Assembly: GCA_963788065.1 (NCBI GenBank) | Contig: CAWBFF010000008.1 | Coordinates: forward strand, 1,030,784-1,094,783 | DNA from: an uncultured Verrucomicrobiae bacterium | GTDB lineage: Bacteria > Verrucomicrobiota > Verrucomicrobiia > Chthoniobacterales > UBA10450 | Direction of reading: 5' to 3' | DNA length: 64,000 nt | Shown: piece after piece, positions 54,541-62,482 of the stretch | How the letters are laid out: the number at the start of each line of letters is the position of its first letter | Position numbering within the stretch: the stretch's first letter is position 1 | Position numbers and translations under genes: made by a program | Notes under the pieces: model-generated | The model's database searches: none | Told to the model about the DNA's origin: nothing | Seen by the model: the letters and a program-made list of their open reading frames with translations, nothing else

Positions 54541-55670
54541 AGACGCCGCTCGCCTGGCGAAACGTGCTTCAGAGCAAGGTGCGCTCGGCCGTGGCGTTGG
54601 GCGGCATTTCGCTCGCGATCCTGCTCATTTTCATGCAGCTCGGCTTTTACGCCGCGGCTGGGAGCAGCGCGATCAACGTCTATGAAGCGCTCGACTTCGA
54701 TGTGCTCGTGCTTTCGCCGCAATACGTTTTCCTCGCGCGCGCGGCGCAGTTTCCGCGCAATCGCCTGGAGCAGGTGCGCGCAATCGAGGGAGTGACGGCA
54801 GTGGCGCCGCTCTGGATCGGGCTGGGGGAATGGCGGAACACGGAAACGCGCGAGCGTTGGAATGTGCTGACGCTCGGAGTGGATCCGGCGCAGCGACCGT
54901 TTCGCGACGCGGCGGTGAACGATCAGTTGCCGTTGTTAAAAGTGCGTGACACCGCCTTGAGCGACCGACTGTCGCGGCCGGAGCAGGGACCGATCGACGT
55001 CGGCGCGGTCTCCGAGTTGCAACACCATCAATTGCGCATCGTCGGTCGTTATGGCATCGGCGCGGGCTTCGTCGCGGGCGCCACTCTCGTGACTGGACGC
55101 GATACGTTTCTCGATGTCTTTCGTGACTCGGCTTCGGCGGAGCGGGTCGGTCTGGGATTGGTCAAGCTGGCTCCGGGCGTGTCGCCCGCGAAGACGGCGG
55201 CGGAGATGCGGCGAATCCTTGCGCCCGCGGCGACTGCGGCCACTCGCGCGGAATTGTCGGCGGCCGAGCAGCGATTCTGGCTCAAGGTGAAACCGATCGG
55301 CATCATGTTCACGACGGGCGTGCTGATCGCGTTCATCGCGGGCGCGGTCATTCTCTACCAGGTGCTGGCGAGCGAAGTGCAGAATCGGCTGCGTGAATAC
55401 GCCACGCTCAAAGCGCTCGGCTACGACAATCGCTACGTCTATGGAGCAATTGGGCGGCAGGCGTTCATCTTCTGCGGGCTGGGGTTCGTGCCGGCGTTTT
55501 TCGGCGCGATCGGCTTATATGCGCTCCTGCGCCAGCATGCGCTCGTGCCGGTGGGGATGGAATTCGGCCGTGCGGTGGGCGTTTTTTTGCTGACGGGATT
55601 GATGTGTTTTAGTGCCACCTTTCTCGCGGTGCGGAAGTTGCGCGCGGCTGATCCGGCCGAGCTGTTCTAG
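54537..55670 (+). CDS. devC: DevC-family ABC exporter permease (FtsX/MacB-type fold), copy 1
   Basis: Opens MKTPLAWRNVLQSKVRSAVALGGISLAILLIFMQLGF. A large periplasmic loop is followed by three C-terminal TM helices with YATLKALGYDNRYV. 377 aa. Confidence 0.85.
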   Translation: MKTPLAWRNVLQSKVRSAVALGGISLAILLIFMQLGFYAAAGSSAINVYEALDFDVLVLSPQYVFLARAAQFPRNRLEQVRAIEGVTAVAPLWIGLGEWRNTETRERWNVLTLGVDPAQRPFRDAAVNDQLPLLKVRDTALSDRLSRPEQGPIDVGAVSELQHHQLRIVGRYGIGAGFVAGATLVTGRDTFLDVFRDSASAERVGLGLVKLAPGVSPAKTAAEMRRILAPAATAATRAELSAAEQRFWLKVKPIGIMFTTGVLIAFIAGAVILYQVLASEVQNRLREYATLKALGYDNRYVYGAIGRQAFIFCGLGFVPAFFGAIGLYALLRQHALVPVGMEFGRAVGVFLLTGLMCFSATFLAVRKLRAADPAELF

Positions 55671-56816
55671 ATGAGCGCGCGCCGCACACCGTTGGCTTGG
55701 CGGAACATCGCGCACAACAAAGTCACGCTCGCGGTTTCGATCGCGGCGATCACCTTCGCGGTCCTGATCATGTTCATGGAAGTCGGCTTCCTGAACGGCC
55801 TCTACGATAGCCAGACCAACGTGCTGCAGTCCCTCCGCGCGGAGCTGGTGATGGTGAGCCGTTCGCTCCACATCTTCAATACGCACGAAACTTTTCCGCT
55901 TGCCAGGCTGGAGCAGGCCGCGGGGCTGGCGGGGGTGAAGCGCGTCTCTCCGCTTTACCTGGAGGATCTGGCGAGCGACCTGCGCAATCCCTCCAACGGC
56001 GTGCGCAACGGTATCCGGGTACTGGCGTTTGATCCGGATCGTCCGGTCTTCGAAGGGGGCACGCTGCAGCGGCTGGCGGAACGGTTGCGCACGCACATGA
56101 CGATCCTATTCGACGAACGCTCGCGCGCATTTTTCGGACGCTTCGGGGAGGGTGAAAAGGCAGAGCTGGCGGATCGCGCTGTGACCGTAGCCGGCACTTT
56201 CGATCTCGGGCCGGACTATTATTACGACGGGAATATTCTGACCAGCGTCGACACCTTCTTTACCCTTTTCCCTTTCCGGCACCGGGGTGATGTTTTCGTC
56301 GGCGCCATCGAGCTAGAGCCCGGCGCATCGGCTGATCGGGTACGGGATAAGTTGAACGCGCTCGGCGCACCGGAAGCGGAGATTCTCCGCAAAGATGAAA
56401 TCGTGGCACGTGAAAAAGCGACCTGGCAGAAGGCGACGCCAGCCGGGTTCGTTTTCACGATGGGCGTCGCGGTCGGATTCGTGATCGGCATCTTTATTTG
56501 TTACCAAATTCTCTATACCGATATCGCCGATCACCTCCCGCAACTTGCGACCATGAAAGCGCTCGGTTATCCGAATCGCGCACTCGTTAGGCTGGTCCTG
56601 CTGCAGGCCGTAATGCTCGGCATGCTCGGTTTCGTGCCGGCGCTAATGACGACGTTCGGGCTTTATTCCATCCTGACCGCGCTGACCGGGATCGTGACAA
56701 AACTAACTCTCGGGCGCGTGGCATTAGTCCTTTTGCTGACCATCGGCATGTGTCTCATCTCCGGTCTGCTCGCCGTGCGCAAAGCCCTCGCGATCGATCC
56801 GGCGGAATTGTTCTGA
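55671..56816 (+). CDS. devC: DevC-family ABC exporter permease, copy 2 (paralog of 54537-55670)
   Basis: Same layout as copy 1: TPLAWRNIAHNKVTLAVSIAAITFAVLIMFMEVGF ... LATMKALGYPNRALV. ATG 55671 directly follows the TAG of copy 1, and its stop overlaps the devA ATG (TGATG). Confidence 0.85.
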   Translation: MSARRTPLAWRNIAHNKVTLAVSIAAITFAVLIMFMEVGFLNGLYDSQTNVLQSLRAELVMVSRSLHIFNTHETFPLARLEQAAGLAGVKRVSPLYLEDLASDLRNPSNGVRNGIRVLAFDPDRPVFEGGTLQRLAERLRTHMTILFDERSRAFFGRFGEGEKAELADRAVTVAGTFDLGPDYYYDGNILTSVDTFFTLFPFRHRGDVFVGAIELEPGASADRVRDKLNALGAPEAEILRKDEIVAREKATWQKATPAGFVFTMGVAVGFVIGIFICYQILYTDIADHLPQLATMKALGYPNRALVRLVLLQAVMLGMLGFVPALMTTFGLYSILTALTGIVTKLTLGRVALVLLLTIGMCLISGLLAVRKALAIDPAELF

Positions 56817-57922
56817 TGCTGCCGCTGGACGAACTCGAACCCGCGGTGCGCGTCCGCGCGCTCAATCACTTTTTCGGTGGAGGCGAAAACCGGAAGCAGG
56901 TCCTTTTCGAGAACAATCTCGATCTGCAGCCGGGGGAAATCATCATCATGACGGGCCCGTCGGGGTCGGGCAAAACGACTTTGCTCACGCTCATCGGCGC
57001 ACTTCGCTCCGTGCAAGCCGGCGAGATCCACGCCCTTGGTCGCGAGTTGTCGAAGCTGACTCCGCGCGAGCTGGTGGAGGTGCGACGTGGGATTGGCTTT
57101 ATCTTTCAAGCGCACAATCTCTTCGACTCGTTAACCGCGCGCGAGAACGTGAACATGGCGATCGAGCTCACGCTTTCCGATGCGGGCGAGCGCGACCGCC
57201 GCGCGAAGGAAATCCTCGAGCGCGTCGGGCTTGGCCATCGGACGGAACACAAACCACAGGCGCTTTCTGGCGGGCAACGCCAGCGCGTCGCGGTGGCGCG
57301 CGCGTTAGTCAACCGGCCGAAGCTCGTCCTGGCCGATGAGCCGACGGCAGCGCTCGACAAGGAGTCCGGGCGGGACGTGGTCAATTTGCTGCAGAATCTC
57401 GCGACGGAGGAGCGCGCCACGATTTTGCTCGTGACGCATGACCCGCGGATCCTCGATGTGGCAGATCGCATCATCAACCTCGTCGATGGCCGGATCGTTT
57501 CCGATGTGGCGGTGAAAGAGGCCCTGCGCCTGGCGGAGTTCCTGCGCAAGTGTCCGCTCTTCGCCGAGCAACCGCCGGCGATGCTGGCGGAATTTGCCGA
57601 GCGGATGAAGCGAGAGACCTTCGCGGCGGACGAGGCCATCATTCGGCAAGGCGAGGTGGGGGATAAATTTTACGTTATCGAATCCGGCGTGGTGGAAGTG
57701 CGGGGCGAGAAGGATGGCGTGCCGTTTGCCGATGTCACTTTGCGGAGCGGCGACTTTTTCGGCGAAGTCGCTTTGTTAACCGGCGCGCCGCGGAACGCTA
57801 CGGTGATCGTGCGCGAGCCGACTCGGGTGCTGACCCTGGCGAAGGAGCATTTCGATGAAGCGCTGCAGCGGAGCAAGACGCTTGAAGAGCAACTGCGCGA
57901 TGTCCTTTACCGGCGCACTTAA
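56816..57922 (+). CDS. devA: DevA-family ABC exporter ATPase fused to a C-terminal cyclic-nucleotide-binding domain
   Basis: DevA-like region: RVRALNHFFGGGENRKQVLFENNLDLQPGEIIIMTGPSGSGKTTLLTLIGALRS, RRGIGFIFQAHNLF, LSGGQRQRVAVARAL, LVLADEPTAALD. The C-terminal ~125 aa (about 57533-57919) carry the cNMP phosphate-binding cassette FFGEVALLTGAPRNATVIV. Confidence 0.9.
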   Translation: MLPLDELEPAVRVRALNHFFGGGENRKQVLFENNLDLQPGEIIIMTGPSGSGKTTLLTLIGALRSVQAGEIHALGRELSKLTPRELVEVRRGIGFIFQAHNLFDSLTARENVNMAIELTLSDAGERDRRAKEILERVGLGHRTEHKPQALSGGQRQRVAVARALVNRPKLVLADEPTAALDKESGRDVVNLLQNLATEERATILLVTHDPRILDVADRIINLVDGRIVSDVAVKEALRLAEFLRKCPLFAEQPPAMLAEFAERMKRETFAADEAIIRQGEVGDKFYVIESGVVEVRGEKDGVPFADVTLRSGDFFGEVALLTGAPRNATVIVREPTRVLTLAKEHFDEALQRSKTLEEQLRDVLYRRT

Positions 57923-57929
57923 GCGCGTG

Positions 57930-58811
57930 CTAAGCCTTGGCGTAGATGCCGATGAGCGGACGCGGAGACGGTTTCTTGTTTTGGAAGTCGCTCACGAAAC
58001 CGGTCTTCGTCCGGATCTCGACATGGCCGGCCGCGCGGCGTGAACCATAGACCAGCACTGCGCCGACTGGCGCCGCGTAGGGATCGCGGATGGGCAACTT
58101 CTTGAACCCATATTCGCGCACCAATTCTTCGCCCGCTTGCTTGGCGTACGCTGATTTTGGATAAGTCGAAATCACCCCGGAAGCGAGGAGCGCATTCTTT
58201 ACGTAAGCCCAGCAGCGCGCTTTCGAATGCGCGTGGGCGCGTTCCTGGGCGATGGAGGCGGCGCGGGTCAGCTTCGGGCTGATGCGCGGATCGATTTTGG
58301 CCAGCGGATAAATGATCCGTCGGGTCTGGAAACGATCCACCACGGGCGCAGCGACGGTGCGACCGGCGCGATCTGTAAAAGTGAATTGCCTGGGCGCGGG
58401 CGACTGCGCAGCTGGCGACCGCGCGGGCACTGGAAGCGCTCTCGCCGGAGGAGCGCTAACGATCTTTTTCAACGGCGCAGACGCTTTGCCCGGCGCAGGC
58501 GGAATCTTGGAGGCGGCGGACGTTTTGGACACGATGACTGGAGGTGCCGGCTTTACCACTGGGAGAGCGCGCATCGCGGTGCTGGTGTCGTCTTTCGGCG
58601 CGGGCGACGTGAGATCAGGCACCGGGGTGCGAGGCAGCGCGGGCGCGGTGTTAACCGCGACCAAAACGTCCGCACTGGGCGCGGTCTTGGAAGCGGGAAC
58701 CGCGTCGGGTTTGGGCTTGGCCGGTTTGGGGGCGGTGAAGATCTCAACGTCCGCGCCGAAGACGGACCCAGCCAAAAAGCAGCCGCAAAGGCAAAGGACA
58801 AATCGGCTCAC
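57930..58811 (-). CDS. secreted Pro/Ala-rich protein with C-terminal papain-fold (CHAP/NlpC-P60/Tae4-like) Cys-His-Asp domain
   Basis: GTG start and signal peptide MSRFVLCLCGCFLAGSVFG. A ~170-aa Pro/Ala-rich region precedes ARCWAYVKNALLASG ...(63 aa)... GHVEIRTKTGFVSDF, with Cys...His...Asp spacing typical of small cell-wall amidases. The family call is tentative. Confidence 0.55.
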   Translation of the reverse strand: MSRFVLCLCGCFLAGSVFGADVEIFTAPKPAKPKPDAVPASKTAPSADVLVAVNTAPALPRTPVPDLTSPAPKDDTSTAMRALPVVKPAPPVIVSKTSAASKIPPAPGKASAPLKKIVSAPPARALPVPARSPAAQSPAPRQFTFTDRAGRTVAAPVVDRFQTRRIIYPLAKIDPRISPKLTRAASIAQERAHAHSKARCWAYVKNALLASGVISTYPKSAYAKQAGEELVREYGFKKLPIRDPYAAPVGAVLVYGSRRAAGHVEIRTKTGFVSDFQNKKPSPRPLIGIYAKA

Positions 58812-58934
58812 GCGCCGGCTTTATGACGAATTTCCGAGCGCGCGGCAAGAATTTTCGCGACAATTTCGGCGCCCGCTCCTCTATCCGGCACAGACGCGCG
58901 CCCGCGGATGCGGTAATCCGGAGGGCGCGCAGCC

Positions 58935-61106
58935 TTATTCCAAAGCGAAAACTTCCAGGAGCGCGACGCCGGCGGTGCCGTCCCGGCCGCGAACGATGGC
59001 GGTGTGCGGCGCGGGCGGGAGAGTGGCGACGATGGCTGATTCGAGTTCGTTCGTCGGGGGTACAGTCGTGGCGACGATCTCGGCTTCCTGCGCGCTGCGC
59101 CAATTGTCGTTGCTGGCGATGAGGACGCCGTTCTGGTCGAACAACTCCAGGGCGGGATCGGCGAGGCGGCCGCTGACCGGGAGCGAGGGACCCAGCGCGC
59201 GCACGATCACCCGCTGCGGACTGACGCCGGCCACAATCAGGCCGCCGATCATGACTGTGTCTCCGGTCTGCACGAAGCCGCGGGTGGAAAGGTTCCGCAA
59301 CTCGGGCCCGAGGCCGCGGTCGAGATCGTAAAGTTCAATCAGACCGATCCCGGTGGCGTCGCTCGCGCTCCGCAGAACGGCGGTGTAAGGCGTGCCGGTT
59401 TCGCTGGCGGGAAGCCTGAGCAGGAGGACGCCTTCACGGGAGAACGAGGGCGCCAGACCCGCATCCACGATCTCTTGTCGATTGGCGTTTTCCTCCCAGC
59501 TGGCGTTCGTGGCGATAATCCGGCCCGCGCTGTCGTGTAATTCCAGGACGGGATCGCCCAGAGAATTTTGGATGGCGGAAGCGGCGAGCGATGGACCGAG
59601 GGCGCGGACTGCGATCCGTTTTAGCGGTCCGCCGCGGATGATAAACCCGGCGATGGCGACGTTTTGGTTGTCGCCGATTTGGACGCGAGCGGACAGATTG
59701 GCGAGTCGCCTCACGGATGGAGCGGGCGGAAATTGCGCTGTAAAGGCGAAGCGACTGGAGGGCCAGATGCTATTCGCCGAGGGCGCCGTATCGCGGACTT
59801 CGTCCACGGTGAGAACGTAAGCCAGGTTCGGTGTGAGACCGGTGGCGGTAAGGATGATCGTGTCCGGTTCGGTGGAGAGCGCGGCTTCCGAAATCGTGGC
59901 GCCTTGATCGAGGGAGTAGTGGGAAGCGACGGCGGCTGTCTGCGGATCGATCCGGCTGTTGAAACGGACGGCGAGATGGTGGTTGTCCTCGAACAAATAA
60001 ACCGAGAGCACTTCGAGCGGGCTGGCGATCCATTGCCGGAGCGTGGCCATGGCGTTTTGGTGAATCACGTTCTTGGCCAGAGGCGGCATTTTGAGAGGGC
60101 CGAGTGCATTATCACGCTGGTAGAGGAGCGAGCCGGCGAGGTTGCGAAAGCGAACGTAGGTGTTGATCAGGTTCTGATTGGCGAGGGGCGTGTCGTAGCG
60201 TCCGTCGTAGCCGGGTCCGAACCCGCCCGGGCGATGGCAATGCGAGCAGTTCGAATCGATCCAGGAGCGCATCCGGTCCTGGATCGGCGCGGTCGGGTTG
60301 CTCATGGGGACGGTGCGCGAATAGCTGGCGAAGGTGGGATCGCTCGGTGGCGGGTTGAGCATCTCGAGATGAGTGAGGGTGCGAAGCTGATGCGCTGTAC
60401 GACCGGTCTCCGGGTAAGTGAATTCGCCATTCAACTGACGCGTCTTCGGCCCGAGGACGTAGTTCGCCTGTTGGTTGTGGCAGAAGAGACAATCGGCGCG
60501 GCTCGGGTAACTGTAACGCTGGATTCGGACCGCTCCCGCGGGGTCGGCAATCGGGATGTCCTCCTCCAGTCCATCCGGCAACAGATCGGCATCGCTGTTG
60601 TCCGGCCGCCATTTGTAGCTCACGCCGTAAACCGAGCCGGCGGCATTGCGGACGAGGAACCGCGTCTCCAGCCTTTTGCGCGCGCCGGTCGCCTCATCCA
60701 CGACCAACTCAAAATGCTTCATGAAGACCGTCCCATGCGGGAAGGTCCATTCGCCGACCGGGGCGAAGTTGATCTGTTCCTCCGGCGTGTAGGGCGGGCC
60801 GTCATTTGGCACCGCCATCCAACGCGTTTTGATTGCGCCATCGGACCAGAGCGGAGAGTTGACCGTAAAAGGAACGAAGCCCGCGGCGGGCGCGAGCGTG
60901 CGGAGATCGGAGAAGGCGTGCGTGGCGGAGAGGACCGGCGGAAACGCAAACGCGTCGGCCGTCGGCGGGAAGACGCCGTTCAAATAAGCGCCTACCGGCT
61001 GGCGTGCGTCCAGGCCCGGAAGATCCTCTCCCTGCGCGAGGGAAGCCAACGCGAGCGCGAGTGCGCAATTCGTCCAAATCCAGAAGCGCGGTGCGCCGGT
61101 CGCCAT
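58935..61106 (-). CDS. secreted multidomain protein: N-terminal domain with two CxxCH motifs (TIGR03806/HNE_0200-like, from memory) + Ig-like domain + two C-terminal copies of the unassigned ~120-aa module
   Basis: Signal peptide FWIWTNCALALALASLAQG. The N-terminal domain has NSPLWSDGAIKTRW, ADCLFCHNQ and NCSHCHRPGG. The Ig-like segment is LAVRFNSRIDPQTAAVASHYSL...LTATGLTPNLAYVLTV. Repeats LANLSARVQIGDNQNVAIAGFII... and LRNLSTRGFVQTGDTVMIGGLIV...LLEVFALE* follow. Confidence 0.8.
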   Translation of the reverse strand: MATGAPRFWIWTNCALALALASLAQGEDLPGLDARQPVGAYLNGVFPPTADAFAFPPVLSATHAFSDLRTLAPAAGFVPFTVNSPLWSDGAIKTRWMAVPNDGPPYTPEEQINFAPVGEWTFPHGTVFMKHFELVVDEATGARKRLETRFLVRNAAGSVYGVSYKWRPDNSDADLLPDGLEEDIPIADPAGAVRIQRYSYPSRADCLFCHNQQANYVLGPKTRQLNGEFTYPETGRTAHQLRTLTHLEMLNPPPSDPTFASYSRTVPMSNPTAPIQDRMRSWIDSNCSHCHRPGGFGPGYDGRYDTPLANQNLINTYVRFRNLAGSLLYQRDNALGPLKMPPLAKNVIHQNAMATLRQWIASPLEVLSVYLFEDNHHLAVRFNSRIDPQTAAVASHYSLDQGATISEAALSTEPDTIILTATGLTPNLAYVLTVDEVRDTAPSANSIWPSSRFAFTAQFPPAPSVRRLANLSARVQIGDNQNVAIAGFIIRGGPLKRIAVRALGPSLAASAIQNSLGDPVLELHDSAGRIIATNASWEENANRQEIVDAGLAPSFSREGVLLLRLPASETGTPYTAVLRSASDATGIGLIELYDLDRGLGPELRNLSTRGFVQTGDTVMIGGLIVAGVSPQRVIVRALGPSLPVSGRLADPALELFDQNGVLIASNDNWRSAQEAEIVATTVPPTNELESAIVATLPPAPHTAIVRGRDGTAGVALLEVFALE

Positions 61107-61118
61107 GCGCGGAGCCGG

Positions 61119-62306
61119 TCAGGGCAATTGGAAAAGCTCGACCAGCCCGACGCCGGTTGCGCCGTTCTTCCCGGCCAGGATCGCGGTGTACGATCCGGGC
61201 TGCAGCGTGGCGATGAGCGCCGATTCGAGGTCGTTTTGCGGCGGGATTCCAGTGGCCTGGATTTCCGCCTGCTGCGTCGCACGCCAATCGTCGTTGCTTT
61301 GCACGAGGGTGCCGTTGGCGTTCCGCAATTCCAGGGTTGGATTGGGCAGAACGCCACTAACGCCGGATTGCGTGAGCGAGGGGCCGAGCCCGCGCGCGAG
61401 GATTTTGGCCGGGTTGCTCGAGCGGCCGAGGATGAAACCTCCGATCATGACGTTGTCCCCCGTCTGAACGGAGCCGCGGGTGGAAATGTTGACCAGTTTC
61501 GACGCGGCGGCTTGATCGAGATCGTAAACCTCGACCAAACCGACTCCCGTGCTCCCCGCCGCGCCGCGGACGATCGCAGTGTAGCCCAGCCCGGTGCTGC
61601 TGGCGGGCAACGTCGCCACGATAGCCGACTCGAGATCATCCATGGGCGGGACGGTGCTGGCGATGATCTCCGCTTCCTGCGTCGTGCGCCAGTTGTCATT
61701 CGAAGCGATCGAGCCGCCGGGGCCGGTGAGTTCAAGCGTGGGATTGGCCAGCTTGCCGGCGGTGGGCAGCGAGGGGCCGATCGCGCGCACGATCACTTTC
61801 TTGGCCTGCGAACCGATGACGATAAACCCGCCGATGAGCACATTGTCGCCCGTTTCCACGCGCATACGGGTGGAGACGTTGAGAGGCTGCGCGGAGGTTG
61901 CGGGCGTCCCGCTGCCCACGATGATCTGGCCCACCATTCCCATCTGGAGATGGGGCTGACAGAAGTAGTCGAATGTGCCTGCGTTCGGAAAAGTGAAGGA
62001 AAAGGTAAACGGACTCCGGTGCACCCCCGAATCGAACAGGCCGCTGGGCGTGTCCTCCCCGGAGGTGACGCTGTGAGTGAGGCTCCCCGCCCACGTCCAG
62101 ACAACCGTATCGCCAGGCTGGATGGAAAGCGACCGGGGGGTAAAGGATATCCCGTTGGCGGTCCCAACTTGCACGTCGAAAGTCGCGGCCCTCGCGCCCT
62201 CGCTCCACAATAGGAGCACCGCCACCGTAGCCAGCAGGCGGTGTGGGGTGCGGGTTCGCTGAGATGGATGCGGCGCTGCTGGCAGGCGAGTGAGTGGGTT
62301 ATTCAT
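61119..62306 (-). CDS. secreted cupredoxin (plastocyanin-like type 1 copper) domain protein with two C-terminal copies of the unassigned ~120-aa module
   Basis: ATG 62306 and signal peptide LLATVAVLLLWSEGARA. The cupredoxin region reads SFTPRSLSIQPGDTVVWTWAGSLTHSVTSG...AGTFDYFCQPHLQMGMVGQIIV, giving His, Cys-x2-His and Met ligands. Repeats LNVSTRMRVETGDNVLIGGFIV... and LVNISTRGSVQTGDNVMIGGFIL...LVELFQLP* follow. Confidence 0.8.
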   Translation of the reverse strand: MNNPLTRLPAAPHPSQRTRTPHRLLATVAVLLLWSEGARAATFDVQVGTANGISFTPRSLSIQPGDTVVWTWAGSLTHSVTSGEDTPSGLFDSGVHRSPFTFSFTFPNAGTFDYFCQPHLQMGMVGQIIVGSGTPATSAQPLNVSTRMRVETGDNVLIGGFIVIGSQAKKVIVRAIGPSLPTAGKLANPTLELTGPGGSIASNDNWRTTQEAEIIASTVPPMDDLESAIVATLPASSTGLGYTAIVRGAAGSTGVGLVEVYDLDQAAASKLVNISTRGSVQTGDNVMIGGFILGRSSNPAKILARGLGPSLTQSGVSGVLPNPTLELRNANGTLVQSNDDWRATQQAEIQATGIPPQNDLESALIATLQPGSYTAILAGKNGATGVGLVELFQLP

Positions 62307-62446
62307 TTCTGGGAGCCCGCTTCTGCCACGGTATTTCCGCAGGCGATGGCGCGAGCGCTCATCGTGAACAAAGGCGTTCCCGGGGAGCCGCTGCAAAGAA
62401 TCCGAAAAAAATCTCTCGCCCCCCGGGATTGCGGCTCGCTCTGGGC

Positions 62447-62475
62447 TTGCCGTTTTTCGTCGCTTTCTTTAAAAA
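62447..62475 (+). promoter_or_regulatory. candidate sigma-70-like promoter (TTGCCG-N17-TAAAAA) that would give a leaderless ECF sigma mRNA
   Basis: TTGCCG at 62447-62452, a 17-nt spacer, and TAAAAA at 62470-62475. The -10 element ends 7 nt before the proposed GTG start at 62483. This is a purely sequence-pattern call. Confidence 0.25.
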
Positions 62476-62482
62476 TCGTCCC

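Noticed and set aside
59664-62213. 849-aa plus-strand ORF, the longest unassigned ORF in the track
   Set aside because: It lies entirely antisense to two well-supported secreted-protein genes (58935-61106, 61119-62306). Its translation is Arg/Gly/Ala/Glu-rich with no recognisable motif, which is the usual stop-poor antisense frame of GC-rich DNA.
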